DNA from: an uncultured Ruminococcus sp.
GTDB lineage: Bacteria > Bacillota > Clostridia > Oscillospirales > CAG-272
NCBI GenBank assembly: GCA_964579135.1
Contig: CAZOFD010000001.1
Coordinates: 26,063 to 90,062 of the forward strand
Reading direction: 5' to 3'
Length of the DNA stretch: 64,000 bases
Numbering within the stretch: position 1 is the first letter of the stretch; each line of letters begins with the position of its first letter. Made by a program: the position numbers and the translations under genes. Shown piece by piece: positions 44,067 to 53,499 of this stretch. Below the pieces are notes generated by a model. It worked only from the letters and a program-made list of their open reading frames with translations. It searched no databases and was not told the origin of the DNA.

Positions 44067-45635
44067 TCATTCGGATACGCGCTCGTACGTAATAATGGAG
44101 CGGATCGAAGAATATCTGTAACCCATCTTATACGCGGTCGAATCCTCGAACGCCACGTTGTCGCCGTCCTCGGCTTTGTAAGCCGCCGGGTCGCTCACGG
44201 CAAACCGCAATTTCGAAGAATTCTTTTCTTCCGGATTCAGGCATTTCGTTATGACTATGTAATGCGTGTTGTTGCCGAGGGAAAGCTCGGCGATTATCCC
44301 CTGCGGATATTGATCGAGCAACTTTTTTATCGTCGCCTTACCGACGCCGTATACTCTGCGATAGGAGACGTCGTCGCCGTCCACGTTAAAACGGGCAGCC
44401 GTTACGCGCCAATTCATATTTACGGGGTTGCCGTACATCTTTTCTTTTACCGATTCAACTCCGTAGTTGCCGCTGTTCGCAAGCGCGACGGTATACGGGT
44501 CGGCTGCAAGGTTGTCGGTCTGCCCCGTTCGCAGATCGTACCCCGTCGTCAGCGTCGCCCCCATATTTCTGAGCACCATCGAGACGGAGCAAAGTGCGCA
44601 CCCCACGTCTATCCAACTGTATTTGTTGCCGTTCGGGTCGTCTACCGCAAACAGCGTTGAGCCGAACTTCAGCCCCTCGAGCTCCGAAGCGCTCCAATCG
44701 CTGGTATAAACGTTGTTTTGACTGAACCACGAAAAAGCTTCGTTGTCCGATACCTCGACCGTAAACGAGGCGCTTACCCCGTCGGCGGTGGCAGTAACCG
44801 TGACCGTACCGCACTCAAGCGCACAATATCTGCCGTCGGTGCCTACCATAAGCACCCGATTGTCATCCGACGACCATACGACGTCGTCTATAAGATCGTA
44901 CGGATACTTTTTGGCAAAGAATTCGCCCGAGGAATAGAGGCGAACGCTTGTCGAATTATACGCAACGCCGATCTTTTCGGTCTCTACCTTTTCGAAATAC
45001 CAGATCTGAGACGTATTCGACGAATCGTACGGCGCTATGCCGACTTGCACGTCTCCGAACACGGACACGGTCGTAAGCTCCGCGACGACCTCGCTTCTGC
45101 CGTTCTCAAAAGGCAGCGCTATCGAAAAACCGTCGCCGCAAGGCATTATATCGAAAAGTGTCTCGTTGCTTTTTTCCGCGGCGGACACCTTTGTCAAAAC
45201 GACGCTGTCCTTTTTGTCGTCGCCATGCCAAGTCAGCGCGTAATCTCCGCCGTCGTTTTGCGGCACAAGCGTATAAGTGCCGTTTTCCGCCGCGTCGACA
45301 AGAAAGATCTGTCCCTCGTCCTTTTCGGCAAAAGTTGCGCAATACGTTTTGCCCGCGGATTTGGAAGATTCGCGGTACACGTCAAGATACTTGCCGCTAT
45401 ATGCGTTTTTTATGCGATAAACGCCGGGGCGGACAGACGTCTGCTCCGCATATTCTTCCGTCTCGACGTTCGTCGCCCCGTTTCCGACGTCGTCGGCATC
45501 GCCCTTATCCGCCCGCGAGGTCTCCTCAAAAGCAACGGGATCCGTTGCCGCGGCAGGCGTCACGTCCGCTTTGGCAAGCATCAGCGCTGCCAAAGCGAAT
45601 GCCGCCGCCCTCAGGCATATTCGGGTGTGATTCAT
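44067..45635 (-). CDS. Secreted multidomain protein: ricin-type beta-trefoil-like region, Big_2 Ig-like domain, C-terminal C39-like/papain-like cysteine peptidase domain
   Basis: Signal peptide (AAFALAALMLAKA). GVYRIKNAYSGKYLDV .. SQIWYFE (QxW-like). Big_2-like VVWSSDDNRVLMVGTDGRYCALECGTVTVTATADGVSASFTVEV. Candidate catalytic Cys (..WIDVGCALCSVSMVL..) and His (..GNNTHYIVITK..). Confidence 0.6.
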   Translation of the reverse strand: MNHTRICLRAAAFALAALMLAKADVTPAAATDPVAFEETSRADKGDADDVGNGATNVETEEYAEQTSVRPGVYRIKNAYSGKYLDVYRESSKSAGKTYCATFAEKDEGQIFLVDAAENGTYTLVPQNDGGDYALTWHGDDKKDSVVLTKVSAAEKSNETLFDIMPCGDGFSIALPFENGRSEVVAELTTVSVFGDVQVGIAPYDSSNTSQIWYFEKVETEKIGVAYNSTSVRLYSSGEFFAKKYPYDLIDDVVWSSDDNRVLMVGTDGRYCALECGTVTVTATADGVSASFTVEVSDNEAFSWFSQNNVYTSDWSASELEGLKFGSTLFAVDDPNGNKYSWIDVGCALCSVSMVLRNMGATLTTGYDLRTGQTDNLAADPYTVALANSGNYGVESVKEKMYGNPVNMNWRVTAARFNVDGDDVSYRRVYGVGKATIKKLLDQYPQGIIAELSLGNNTHYIVITKCLNPEEKNSSKLRFAVSDPAAYKAEDGDNVAFEDSTAYKMGYRYSSIRSIITYERVSE

Positions 45636-45671
45636 AAACAGTCCTCTTTCCGGCTTTTCCCCAAGCCTGTC

Positions 45672-46442
45672 TTAATCAGCGTTTTCGTCCTCGCCCGGGC
45701 GAGACGACTGCTTTATCTCTTTGTTTTTAACGTTCTTTTTTATCCTCGCAAGGTCGCGCAGCATACGAAACGCGTCGCGTAGCACCCGCACCTTCGAATC
45801 GCCGTGGTTTATGACCTTGACCGGCATCTCGCCGATCTCGTAGCCGAGACGCGACGCCAACAGTATGACCTCGAAATCAAACGCGAAACCGTCGACCTCG
45901 CAAAGCGAAAAAATCTTTTTCGCCGCCTCGCGGCGAAAAGCCTTGCATCCGCACTGCGAATCGCTCACCTTAAAGCCGCCCCACGTGCATATCACCTTGA
46001 TATATATCTTCGACGCGAGCTTGCGAAAAAAGGTATACCCCTCGTATCCCTCGCTCGAAATATTGCGCGAACCTATTATCACGCTTTTTTTCGGATCGAG
46101 CGCAAGTTGTTCGGCAAGCCCGGCGATAACGTCGGTGCCGTAAGCGAGATCGGCGTCGGTAAACACGACCGTATCGCCCTCGGCGACAAGCGCACCGGTG
46201 CGCACCGCGCAACCCTTGCCGCGATTTTGGTCGTATCCGCAAACGCGAACACCGCCGAGATTAAGCTCACGCAATATCTCGCGCGAGTCGTCGCAGCTCC
46301 CGTCGTCTATAAATATTATTTCGTATTCGCGACCGTTATCGCCGGCGGGGAACGCGTGTTCCATATAATCGCAAAGCGTCTTTGCCGTGTCGGCTATAAC
46401 GGCGGCTTCGTTATACATAGGTATCAATACCGATATCTTCAT
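45672..46442 (-). CDS. Family 2 glycosyltransferase (polyprenyl-phosphate sugar transferase-like)
   Basis: MKISVLIPMYNEA..IFIDDGSCDDS..DADL.. Confidence 0.82.
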   Translation of the reverse strand: MKISVLIPMYNEAAVIADTAKTLCDYMEHAFPAGDNGREYEIIFIDDGSCDDSREILRELNLGGVRVCGYDQNRGKGCAVRTGALVAEGDTVVFTDADLAYGTDVIAGLAEQLALDPKKSVIIGSRNISSEGYEGYTFFRKLASKIYIKVICTWGGFKVSDSQCGCKAFRREAAKKIFSLCEVDGFAFDFEVILLASRLGYEIGEMPVKVINHGDSKVRVLRDAFRMLRDLARIKKNVKNKEIKQSSRPGEDENAD

Positions 46443-46510
46443 TTTATCGTTTTTACCTTTACAAAAACTTTTTATCGTGCGCGGCGCGACGTAAGGCTTT
46501 TTTGCAACAT

Positions 46511-47347
46511 TTAAGACTCGCGCCCCTTTTCGTAAACGAGAAAATCGACCTCTACCTCGGTCAAAAGAGAGTCGAGACTGCAAAGCCGCTCGTAAGCCTC
46601 GGCGGAGGTACGGAATTTATACGGCGTCATACCGAAAAGTCTCTTTATATCGTCGCCGTTATCTATCCGCATATCGTAAGCCGTGCGCCTTTTTTCGGCA
46701 AAACACATATTCATCGGGAGATCGGCGCGCTCGTCGTTAAGATAAACGCTGTCGTATACGGCTTTTTTGAGACCGAGCAGATGATTCGGCGCGGCGCAGG
46801 CAACGATAAGCACGCCGCCGGGCTTTAACACGCGCAATATCTCCGCCTCCGCTATCGGGGAGAAAACGCAAATCGCACCGCCCGCGCAAGCATCGGCTAC
46901 CGGCAACTTGTACACCGAAGCAACGGTATAAAAAGCGTTGTCTCCGCCGCGTGCCCGACAGCGCTTTGCCGCCCTGTCGACCGCATATTTCGATACGTCG
47001 GCGCCGATAAGACCGCCGCGCCTCGATGCGGCGAGCCTTTCGGAATAATATCCCTCGCCGCAACCGAGATCGAGGATAACGTCGTCGTCGGGGACATATT
47101 TGCCGCAAAGCTCCGCCAAAGTATCCGCTATCGGAGCGTAATATCCGCCGTTCAAAAAAGCCGTTCTGTCGGCAACCGCGGCTTTGGGGTCGCCTCCGCC
47201 GCCCGGCTTCGCGGAAAGATCCGCATAGCCCGACGAGGCAAGGTCAAAACAATGCCTTTTTTTCTCGCCGAGGCAAAAAAGACTTTTTTCTTTTTTCTCA
47301 AGCGCGGCACCGCAAAGCGGGCAACGCAAAGCGTCCGTTACCGTCAT
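46511..47347 (-). CDS. RlmA(RrmA)-family 23S rRNA (guanine-N1) methyltransferase-like protein
   Basis: N-terminal Zn-finger-like LRCPLCGAAL...SLFC....HCFD, then the SAM motif VILDLGCGEGYY. The ATG is 1 nt after the srtB stop. Confidence 0.75.
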   Translation of the reverse strand: MTVTDALRCPLCGAALEKKEKSLFCLGEKKRHCFDLASSGYADLSAKPGGGGDPKAAVADRTAFLNGGYYAPIADTLAELCGKYVPDDDVILDLGCGEGYYSERLAASRRGGLIGADVSKYAVDRAAKRCRARGGDNAFYTVASVYKLPVADACAGGAICVFSPIAEAEILRVLKPGGVLIVACAAPNHLLGLKKAVYDSVYLNDERADLPMNMCFAEKRRTAYDMRIDNGDDIKRLFGMTPYKFRTSAEAYERLCSLDSLLTEVEVDFLVYEKGRES

Positions 47348-47348
47348 A

Positions 47349-48440
47349 TCAATTTTCCACCGAAACGAGTTTTGCCTGCACAACGTATCGGTAAAGATCG
47401 TTCGTTCCGTCGGTATCGCAGGTCGAAAGCGTAAGCACAACGTCGTCCTTATCGAACGTTATGCCGTCTTTTTGAAAAACGGACATATTTTTGTAATAGT
47501 TGCAAAAATCGACGAAATCCTCGTCCGAAAAGAACTCCGTTCTGAAATATCGCTCCGTGTTTACCGCTTTGTACACGGCAAAGACCTCGAAAATATATAT
47601 CCCGTCAAAAGCGAATATCTCTATCTGCGTATCGTTGAAAGCCGCCTCGTTAAAGAACGCGTCAAGCTCGTGAAACATCGAAGAAGTGTTCCACATATTG
47701 TGCCCGTATATCACGAGATTTCGGTTTGCGGTAACGGTCGGCGCGTTTCTGTAATCGACGAATATCGTGCCGGAGTTCAGCTTTTGCCCGTCGAAACCGT
47801 GGTTTAAATAAAAGTCGTTATCCGTCGTTTGGACGATCGGATACTTTATATCCACCGAAGGATTGCCTTTGCGCTCTATGCTGATAAAGCCGAACGTTTC
47901 GCCGTTTTTTTGGCGCAAAGTCTCAAGATAAGCGAGCACGCGCTGAAATCGCAACGTGGGTATATAGGTAACGCCGTTTGACGGAGGGTCGTAGACCTGC
48001 GCCCCGTTTACAAGAACCTCGGAATACTTCATAAGCGCCGAGTCGGGCGACATCGGAGATTGGCGCAACGTCGGCTCGACGGGGAGCGGCGCAAGCAACG
48101 CCCTTTCAAACCCGTCGGCATATTCGTCGTAAAGCACCCTCGCGCGATTGTAATCCGCCACGATGCTTACCACCTCGAAAACGGAAAAAGACAATATCGC
48201 AAGGCACAGCAGCACGATTACCGCGCTTGTGACGGCGCCGCGCCTTTTTTTCTTCTTTTTCGCGCGCAAACGCCGTGCAAGCTCGGGCGAAACGTCGTCT
48301 GCACGCAACGCGTCGAGCGATTCGATGAAAAGATCGGCACGCCGCGCTTCGATTTCCGCATCGTTCTTCGGCGTTTGTTCTTCGCTCAAGCCGATCTCGC
48401 GACTCGCCGTTTCGTTTTGCCAAATATTCGCGTCCGCCAC
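47349..48440 (-). CDS. srtB: Class B sortase with long N-terminal cytoplasmic/TM extension
   Basis: LVIYGHNM.., ..TLSTCD.. and overall SrtB-like order. I prefer the GTG start at 48440, preceded by AAGGAGG 7 nt upstream. The tracked ATG at 48491 lacks an RBS. Confidence 0.85.
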   Translation of the reverse strand: MADANIWQNETASREIGLSEEQTPKNDAEIEARRADLFIESLDALRADDVSPELARRLRAKKKKKRRGAVTSAVIVLLCLAILSFSVFEVVSIVADYNRARVLYDEYADGFERALLAPLPVEPTLRQSPMSPDSALMKYSEVLVNGAQVYDPPSNGVTYIPTLRFQRVLAYLETLRQKNGETFGFISIERKGNPSVDIKYPIVQTTDNDFYLNHGFDGQKLNSGTIFVDYRNAPTVTANRNLVIYGHNMWNTSSMFHELDAFFNEAAFNDTQIEIFAFDGIYIFEVFAVYKAVNTERYFRTEFFSDEDFVDFCNYYKNMSVFQKDGITFDKDDVVLTLSTCDTDGTNDLYRYVVQAKLVSVEN

Positions 48441-48538
48441 GCCTTTCCCTCCTTTTCGCCGATTTGTTTGTGCTTTTTTGCCGATTTGCATTTTGCCGCA
48501 GTTCGGGGCGTTGCGCCCGTTTATATCTACAACTTTAT

Positions 48539-48567
48539 ATTATATAATAAAAGTAAACAAATTTCAA
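48539..48567 (-). promoter_or_regulatory. Sigma-A-type promoter for the srtB operon
   Basis: On the minus strand: TTGAAA (48567..48562), 17-nt spacer, TATAAT (48544..48539). Confidence 0.6.
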
Positions 48568-48608
48568 CCCCGTTTTTGCCGAAAGGTCGCTTTTCTGCCG
48601 AAATACCC

Positions 48609-48651
48609 TAAAAAAAGCGGGCAAACGTCAAGATCAAAAGACATTTGCCCG
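48609..48651 (-). terminator. Terminator of the htrA/response-regulator/kinase operon
   Basis: On the minus strand: CGGGCAAA, 18-nt loop, TTTGCCCG, followed by CTTTTTTTA. Confidence 0.55.
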
Positions 48652-48668
48652 TATGAAGATATCGTTTT

Positions 48669-50132
48669 TTATTCAACGGAGTCGAGCTCAAACCAGAAAG
48701 TAGAGCCCTTGCCCACACAACTTTCCACCCCGTAAGAAGCACCGTGCAACTGCAATATGTTCTTTACTATCGAAAGTCCGAGGCCGCTGCCGACAAACGC
48801 CCTGCGGTGCACTTTGTCGACCTTATAATACCTATCCCATATATACGGGAGTTTGTCGGGCGGGATCCCATCGCCCGTATCGGAAACGGAAATACGCACC
48901 TTGCCGTTTTCGTCCGACGTTTGAACTACCGTAACGGTTTTGTCCTCGCCGCAATAGTTCACCGCGTTGTTGACAAGATTGGAAACGACTTGAAGTATCT
49001 TGCCGCGATCGGCATATACCGAAACGTTCTCCGAATATTCGAACTCTACGCAAACGCCCGAAGATTCGAGCATCTTGGAGTATCTGCCGGCGATATCGCG
49101 CACCGCGTCCGTCAAATCGAACCTCGTACGTTCGAGCCGCTCCGTGACCGCCTCCGTTTTCGAAAGATCGAGCATATCGTTAACGAGAGCCGTCAGCCTA
49201 TTCGCCTCGTCGACTATGATCTGCACGTTTTCGGGCGTATTCTCCCCGGGGATGTCCCGCATCATCTCCGCATATCCCGTTATCATCGTAAGCGGAGTGC
49301 GCAAGTCGTGGGAAACGTTTGCCATAAGTTCTCTTTTCAAAGCGTCCGTTTTGCCGATCTCTTGCGCGGCGACGTTCAGCGCCTTTGCGAGATCCCTTGT
49401 TTCCCTATACCCGTTCGGTTCGAAATCCGCGTTGTAGTTGCCCGCCGCAAGTTCTTTCGCCGCGGCGGTCATACGCTTCAGCGGGCGCGCTATTTGCGAA
49501 GAAAACACGTAACCGAGAAGCATACCGCTCACCACGAGCACGGCGGCAAGCCAAACGAATTGCGTGCCTATACTTGTAACCGTAGACTGTTTCGGAGCAA
49601 ATTCCGTATTGAGAAATATCGCCCAATTTCGCCCCTCACCGTCGGATACGGCGCGCACAAGGATGTACGTCACGTTGCCGTCGCCTGCTTTCGAGGGCGA
49701 CGCATCCGAACGCACCGCGCCGCCGAGGCTCCTACTCGACCACTCGCCCCCCTCCGACACCGCGTTCGAATAATAAGTGTAAAGACCGCTGTAATCGAGT
49801 TTGTGGATCATACAGGTCGGCGAACGATCGAAAGACACCGCCTCTCTGCCGGCGGACGGCGAATACACCTCGAATATCCGAACGCATATGCCGTATTCGT
49901 CGGAAAAGCCGAAAGCGACCTCGGCAAGCAGATCCTCGTCGTCCAAAACGCGCGATATGGTCTCCGCGGCTTTGTCTATCTCTTTAAGTTTGGTCTTTTC
50001 GTAAAAAAACTCAAAGAGCCTGACCTGAAAAAGCCATATCATCAAAATGATAAAAAGGCTGAAAGTCCCGAAACATATAACGAGTCTGCCGCGCATACCG
50101 ACTCCGCGCCACGAACGCTCTTTTTTGCTCAT
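48669..50132 (-). CDS. Sensor histidine kinase (two TM segments, HAMP, HisKA, HATPase_c)
   Basis: H-box NVSHDLRTPLT, N-box VVSNLVNNAVNY, G-boxes DTGDGI and GSGLGLSIV. Confidence 0.9.
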   Translation of the reverse strand: MSKKERSWRGVGMRGRLVICFGTFSLFIILMIWLFQVRLFEFFYEKTKLKEIDKAAETISRVLDDEDLLAEVAFGFSDEYGICVRIFEVYSPSAGREAVSFDRSPTCMIHKLDYSGLYTYYSNAVSEGGEWSSRSLGGAVRSDASPSKAGDGNVTYILVRAVSDGEGRNWAIFLNTEFAPKQSTVTSIGTQFVWLAAVLVVSGMLLGYVFSSQIARPLKRMTAAAKELAAGNYNADFEPNGYRETRDLAKALNVAAQEIGKTDALKRELMANVSHDLRTPLTMITGYAEMMRDIPGENTPENVQIIVDEANRLTALVNDMLDLSKTEAVTERLERTRFDLTDAVRDIAGRYSKMLESSGVCVEFEYSENVSVYADRGKILQVVSNLVNNAVNYCGEDKTVTVVQTSDENGKVRISVSDTGDGIPPDKLPYIWDRYYKVDKVHRRAFVGSGLGLSIVKNILQLHGASYGVESCVGKGSTFWFELDSVE

Positions 50133-50226
50133 ATCGACACAGTCCCCCTCCGAAAGTTCCGAAAATCAAAGTCGAAAAAATCGGAGGGCGGCAAAAACAG
50201 GCGCCGACCTCCGATTTTCGGGAATA

Positions 50227-50916
50227 TCATTTTCCCTCAAAGCGGTAACCGATACCGCGAAGCGTAACTATATACGACGAATACCGCCCGAGCGACTTGC
50301 GCAAAAGTTTTATGTGCGTATCGAGCGTTCTGGCATCACCGTAAAAATCGTATCCCCAAACGTCGCAGATAAGCTTTTCGCGCGAAAGAGCCACGTTGCG
50401 GTTTGCAAGCATATAAAACAGCAATTCGTACTCTTTGGGCGACATATCCACGCGCTCGCCGTCGATATATACTATCCGCGCCGTTATATCCGCGCGAAAA
50501 GCGCCGCCGTCAAGCTCGACGATCTCGTTTTTCGGCGCGTCGGCGGTGACCTTGCCGCTCGCACGCTTCATTATGGCGTCTATACGGAGCATCAGTTCTT
50601 TCGGAGAGAAAGGTTTTACCACGTAATCGTCGACCCCTATGCTGAAGCCGTTTATCTTGTCGTATTCCTCTCCCCGCGCGGAAAGCATTATTATCGGGGT
50701 CTGACAAGTTTTTCTGATCTCGCGACTTGCGGAAAATCCGTCGAGCTCCGGCATCATAATATCCATTATGATGATGTCAAACTTCTCCGTACGGCAAAGG
50801 CTGACCGCTTCCATTCCGTCGGCGGCTTCGGTCACGCTGTGCCCCTCGAACTCCGCGTATTTTTTTATAACGGAGCGAATTCGCGCCTCGTCGTCGACAA
50901 CCAAGATATTATACAC
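50227..50916 (-). CDS. OmpR-family response regulator
   Basis: ILVVDDE..DIIIMDIMMPELDG (receiver domain) and ..LRGIGYRFEG (winged helix). GTG start with AAGGAG 10 nt upstream. Confidence 0.9.
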   Translation of the reverse strand: MYNILVVDDEARIRSVIKKYAEFEGHSVTEAADGMEAVSLCRTEKFDIIIMDIMMPELDGFSASREIRKTCQTPIIMLSARGEEYDKINGFSIGVDDYVVKPFSPKELMLRIDAIMKRASGKVTADAPKNEIVELDGGAFRADITARIVYIDGERVDMSPKEYELLFYMLANRNVALSREKLICDVWGYDFYGDARTLDTHIKLLRKSLGRYSSYIVTLRGIGYRFEGK

Positions 50917-50955
50917 CGTTATTCGTCTCCTTTTTGCGTATTTGCGCGCCGCGTA

Positions 50956-52347
50956 TCAAGTCTCGGGCACTTTTTCACTCAGCGTTACCTTGGTATCGAC
51001 GGTCTTGCCGCCTCTGACCACGGTAACGTCTATCACGTCTCCTATGGCGTGACGCGATATTATCCCCGTTATATCCGAGAAAGAGGTAATCTCGGTCGAG
51101 TCTATCGTCAGCAAACGGTCGCCCTTTTTAAGCCCGTCGTTTTGACCGGGGTCAGCCACGTACACGCCGGCGGAGCCCATCGTACCGAAGTAATAATATA
51201 CCTGATAGCTGCTCTCGAGCGTTATAAGCGAAACGCCCATCGCGGGTCTGCCGGTAACGTACCCGTTTTCTTTCAGTTCCTTTACGACCGCTATCGCATC
51301 GTTAACGGGGATGGCAAATCCGAGCCCCTCGACGTCCTCCGCGGAATATTTTGCGTTTACGACACCCACGAGCTCGCCGTAGAGACTAAACATCCCGCCG
51401 CCCGAGTTTCCGGGGTTTACCGCGGCGTCGGTCTGAAGAAGAGTCATAGACCAGTTTCCGTCGACGGTGATCTCGCGACCGAGCGCGCTTATTATACCGT
51501 ACGTTACCGATCCGCCGAGCTCGCCGAGCGGGTTGCCGATAACGATAACGTCGTCACCCACCGCAAGTTCGGAGCTGTTGCCGATAACAGCCGCGCTGAA
51601 CGTCTCGTCCTCTTGCGGCGCGATCTTCAAAAGCGCGATATCCGACTGTTCGTCGCTGCCCACAAGGCTCGCGACGTATTCTCTGCCGTCCGTCAAGCGA
51701 ACGTTTATAGTGCTCGCGTCCTCGACAACGTGGTGATTCGTTACTATATATCCGTCTGCGGAAATGATAACCCCGCTGCCGGAGCCCGTGCTGACGTAAT
51801 ACGAGTTAGCCACGCTTACGGTTATCTCGACGACCGAATCACGCACCTTTGCTGCGGTCTGCGACTTCGTCATAAGTTCGCCGCGGTCCGTTTGAGTCAC
51901 GTTGACGGTTCCGCCGGCGGAGTTGCCGCGCGAAACGACAAGATTGAGGTCGTTCCCCTTAAACAGCGAAGAGCCGTCCGTATCGAGCAATTTCGACGCG
52001 AAATACGCCCCGCCGAACCCCGCAAGACCGGAGAGAACTATGCACAAAACGGCAAGTGACGCAACTATCGCAATTACCGTCGCCTTGCGATTTTTCTTTT
52101 TCGGTTTCGTCTTCGTTGGTGTCATGGTGTACGCGCTGCAGTTATACCCTCGGTCGCCGCCGGCGGAAACGTACATATATCCGCTCGCCGCATTCGCGCT
52201 CTCACCGTTCGCTTTATCGTTTTCGTTGTTTTCGCCGCAGCAGTTTTCCCCCTCGGCGTCGCATAGAGCGGCACTGCCATCTGCGGTCGCATTTTCGCCC
52301 GCCTCGTCGATATTTTCGTTTTGTTTGTTCGGATCGAACTCAGCCAT
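50956..52347 (-). CDS. htrA: HtrA/DegP-family serine protease with PDZ domain and TM anchor
   Basis: ..TNHHVV.., ..D.ALLKI.., ..GNSGGGMF.. catalytic triad context, plus a C-terminal PDZ. I chose the start at MAEFDPN (52347) with GGAGGG upstream. Confidence 0.88.
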   Translation of the reverse strand: MAEFDPNKQNENIDEAGENATADGSAALCDAEGENCCGENNENDKANGESANAASGYMYVSAGGDRGYNCSAYTMTPTKTKPKKKNRKATVIAIVASLAVLCIVLSGLAGFGGAYFASKLLDTDGSSLFKGNDLNLVVSRGNSAGGTVNVTQTDRGELMTKSQTAAKVRDSVVEITVSVANSYYVSTGSGSGVIISADGYIVTNHHVVEDASTINVRLTDGREYVASLVGSDEQSDIALLKIAPQEDETFSAAVIGNSSELAVGDDVIVIGNPLGELGGSVTYGIISALGREITVDGNWSMTLLQTDAAVNPGNSGGGMFSLYGELVGVVNAKYSAEDVEGLGFAIPVNDAIAVVKELKENGYVTGRPAMGVSLITLESSYQVYYYFGTMGSAGVYVADPGQNDGLKKGDRLLTIDSTEITSFSDITGIISRHAIGDVIDVTVVRGGKTVDTKVTLSEKVPET

Positions 52348-52626
52348 AAAGCCCTCCGCGGGACGTCTTGCGCCAAAGCGCCGCCATCCCATTTGATTAT
52401 TTGCTTTTATTATAAGCTCGGTATGTGAAAGCTATATGAAGACGAAATTAAATTTCCTTGAATTAACCCGCAAAGTGCACCCACACCGTCTTTCACGCAC
52501 ACGCGCGATATGCGCAATATTTTGTTGATTTTGCGGAATTATATGATATAATAGAATGGATAAAGCGCGTTTTCGCGCGTCGAAAAACAGTAATAATCAA
52601 ACCAATTTGAAGCGGAGAACGCGCAA

Positions 52627-53499
52627 ATGAGCCGAAATATGACAGAGACAAACGTTACGCTGCCAGACGCACGCACAGACGGAAGCCTTAAAGGGGCGAA
52701 AAGCGCCGATATCCTTATCGCCGCGGGTGTTGCCGAAGCCGCCGAGCTGCCGCTTTCTTCGTGCAGAATAACAAAGCCGTATCTGCTCGAGCGCCTCGGA
52801 TTCGTTCCGACCGCCGTCGCGATAGGCATCATCCCCTATTACACAAAAGCGTGTGACGAAAAGCGCACCGTGTCCGCATATGCCGTCGGTCGCGATTACC
52901 ACGCGCTCGCCGCCGAGATAGGGCAAAAAGCCGCACGCTTCGCCGCCGCGCACCACCCAAACGCGCACGTCGCGTGCTTTTCGGACCACTCGCCGATCGC
53001 CGAGGTGGAGGCGGCGGCTCGAGCCGGGCTCGGCGTTATCGGAATGAACGGGCTCCTGATAACGAAAAAATATTCGTCGTACGTTTTTATCACCGAACTG
53101 TTTACCGATATCGAAACCGACGCCGAGCCGCGCGTGGCGGAATACTGCGAGCGTTGCGGACGTTGTCGCACCGCCTGCCCGAGCCGACTTTGCGGGTTTA
53201 AAGAATGTCTCTCGGCGATAACGCAAAAAAAGGGCGAACTCGGGGAAAATGAAAAAGAGCTTATGCGCCGTTACGGCACCGCTTGGGGTTGCGACGTTTG
53301 CCAAGAAGTATGCCCCCACACGGTAAAAGCAAAAAAAGACGGCACGATATATACGGACTCGGAATTTTTCAATCAACAGCCGATATCCGTCCCGACCGAA
53401 GAAACGATCGCGGACAAGGCGGACTTTGCCAAAAGAGCATACTCGTGGCGCGGGGCGGCGACGATCCTGCGAAACGTAAAAATACTAAAAAATGATTAG
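52627..53499 (+). CDS. queG: Epoxyqueuosine reductase QueG-like (DUF1730 plus 4Fe-4S), short form
   Basis: ..SAYAVGRDYH.., ..SPIAEVEAAARAGLGVIGMNGLLITKKYSSYVFI.. and the ferredoxin motif CERCGRCRTACP. Confidence 0.75.
   Translation: MSRNMTETNVTLPDARTDGSLKGAKSADILIAAGVAEAAELPLSSCRITKPYLLERLGFVPTAVAIGIIPYYTKACDEKRTVSAYAVGRDYHALAAEIGQKAARFAAAHHPNAHVACFSDHSPIAEVEAAARAGLGVIGMNGLLITKKYSSYVFITELFTDIETDAEPRVAEYCERCGRCRTACPSRLCGFKECLSAITQKKGELGENEKELMRRYGTAWGCDVCQEVCPHTVKAKKDGTIYTDSEFFNQQPISVPTEETIADKADFAKRAYSWRGAATILRNVKILKND

Noticed and set aside
50047-52059. A 670-aa plus-strand ORF spanning the response regulator, the intergenic gap and htrA on the opposite strand.
   Set aside because: It is another shadow ORF. 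It runs straight across an intergenic region, has low-complexity Arg-rich composition, and both opposite-strand genes have strong family motifs.
52393-52626. Inverted GTGAAAG/CTTTCAC motifs (about 52423 and 52490) as a response-regulator operator upstream of htrA.
   Set aside because: The 7-bp half-sites are about 60 nt apart with no clear phasing or associated promoter. This could easily be chance. I noted it only.
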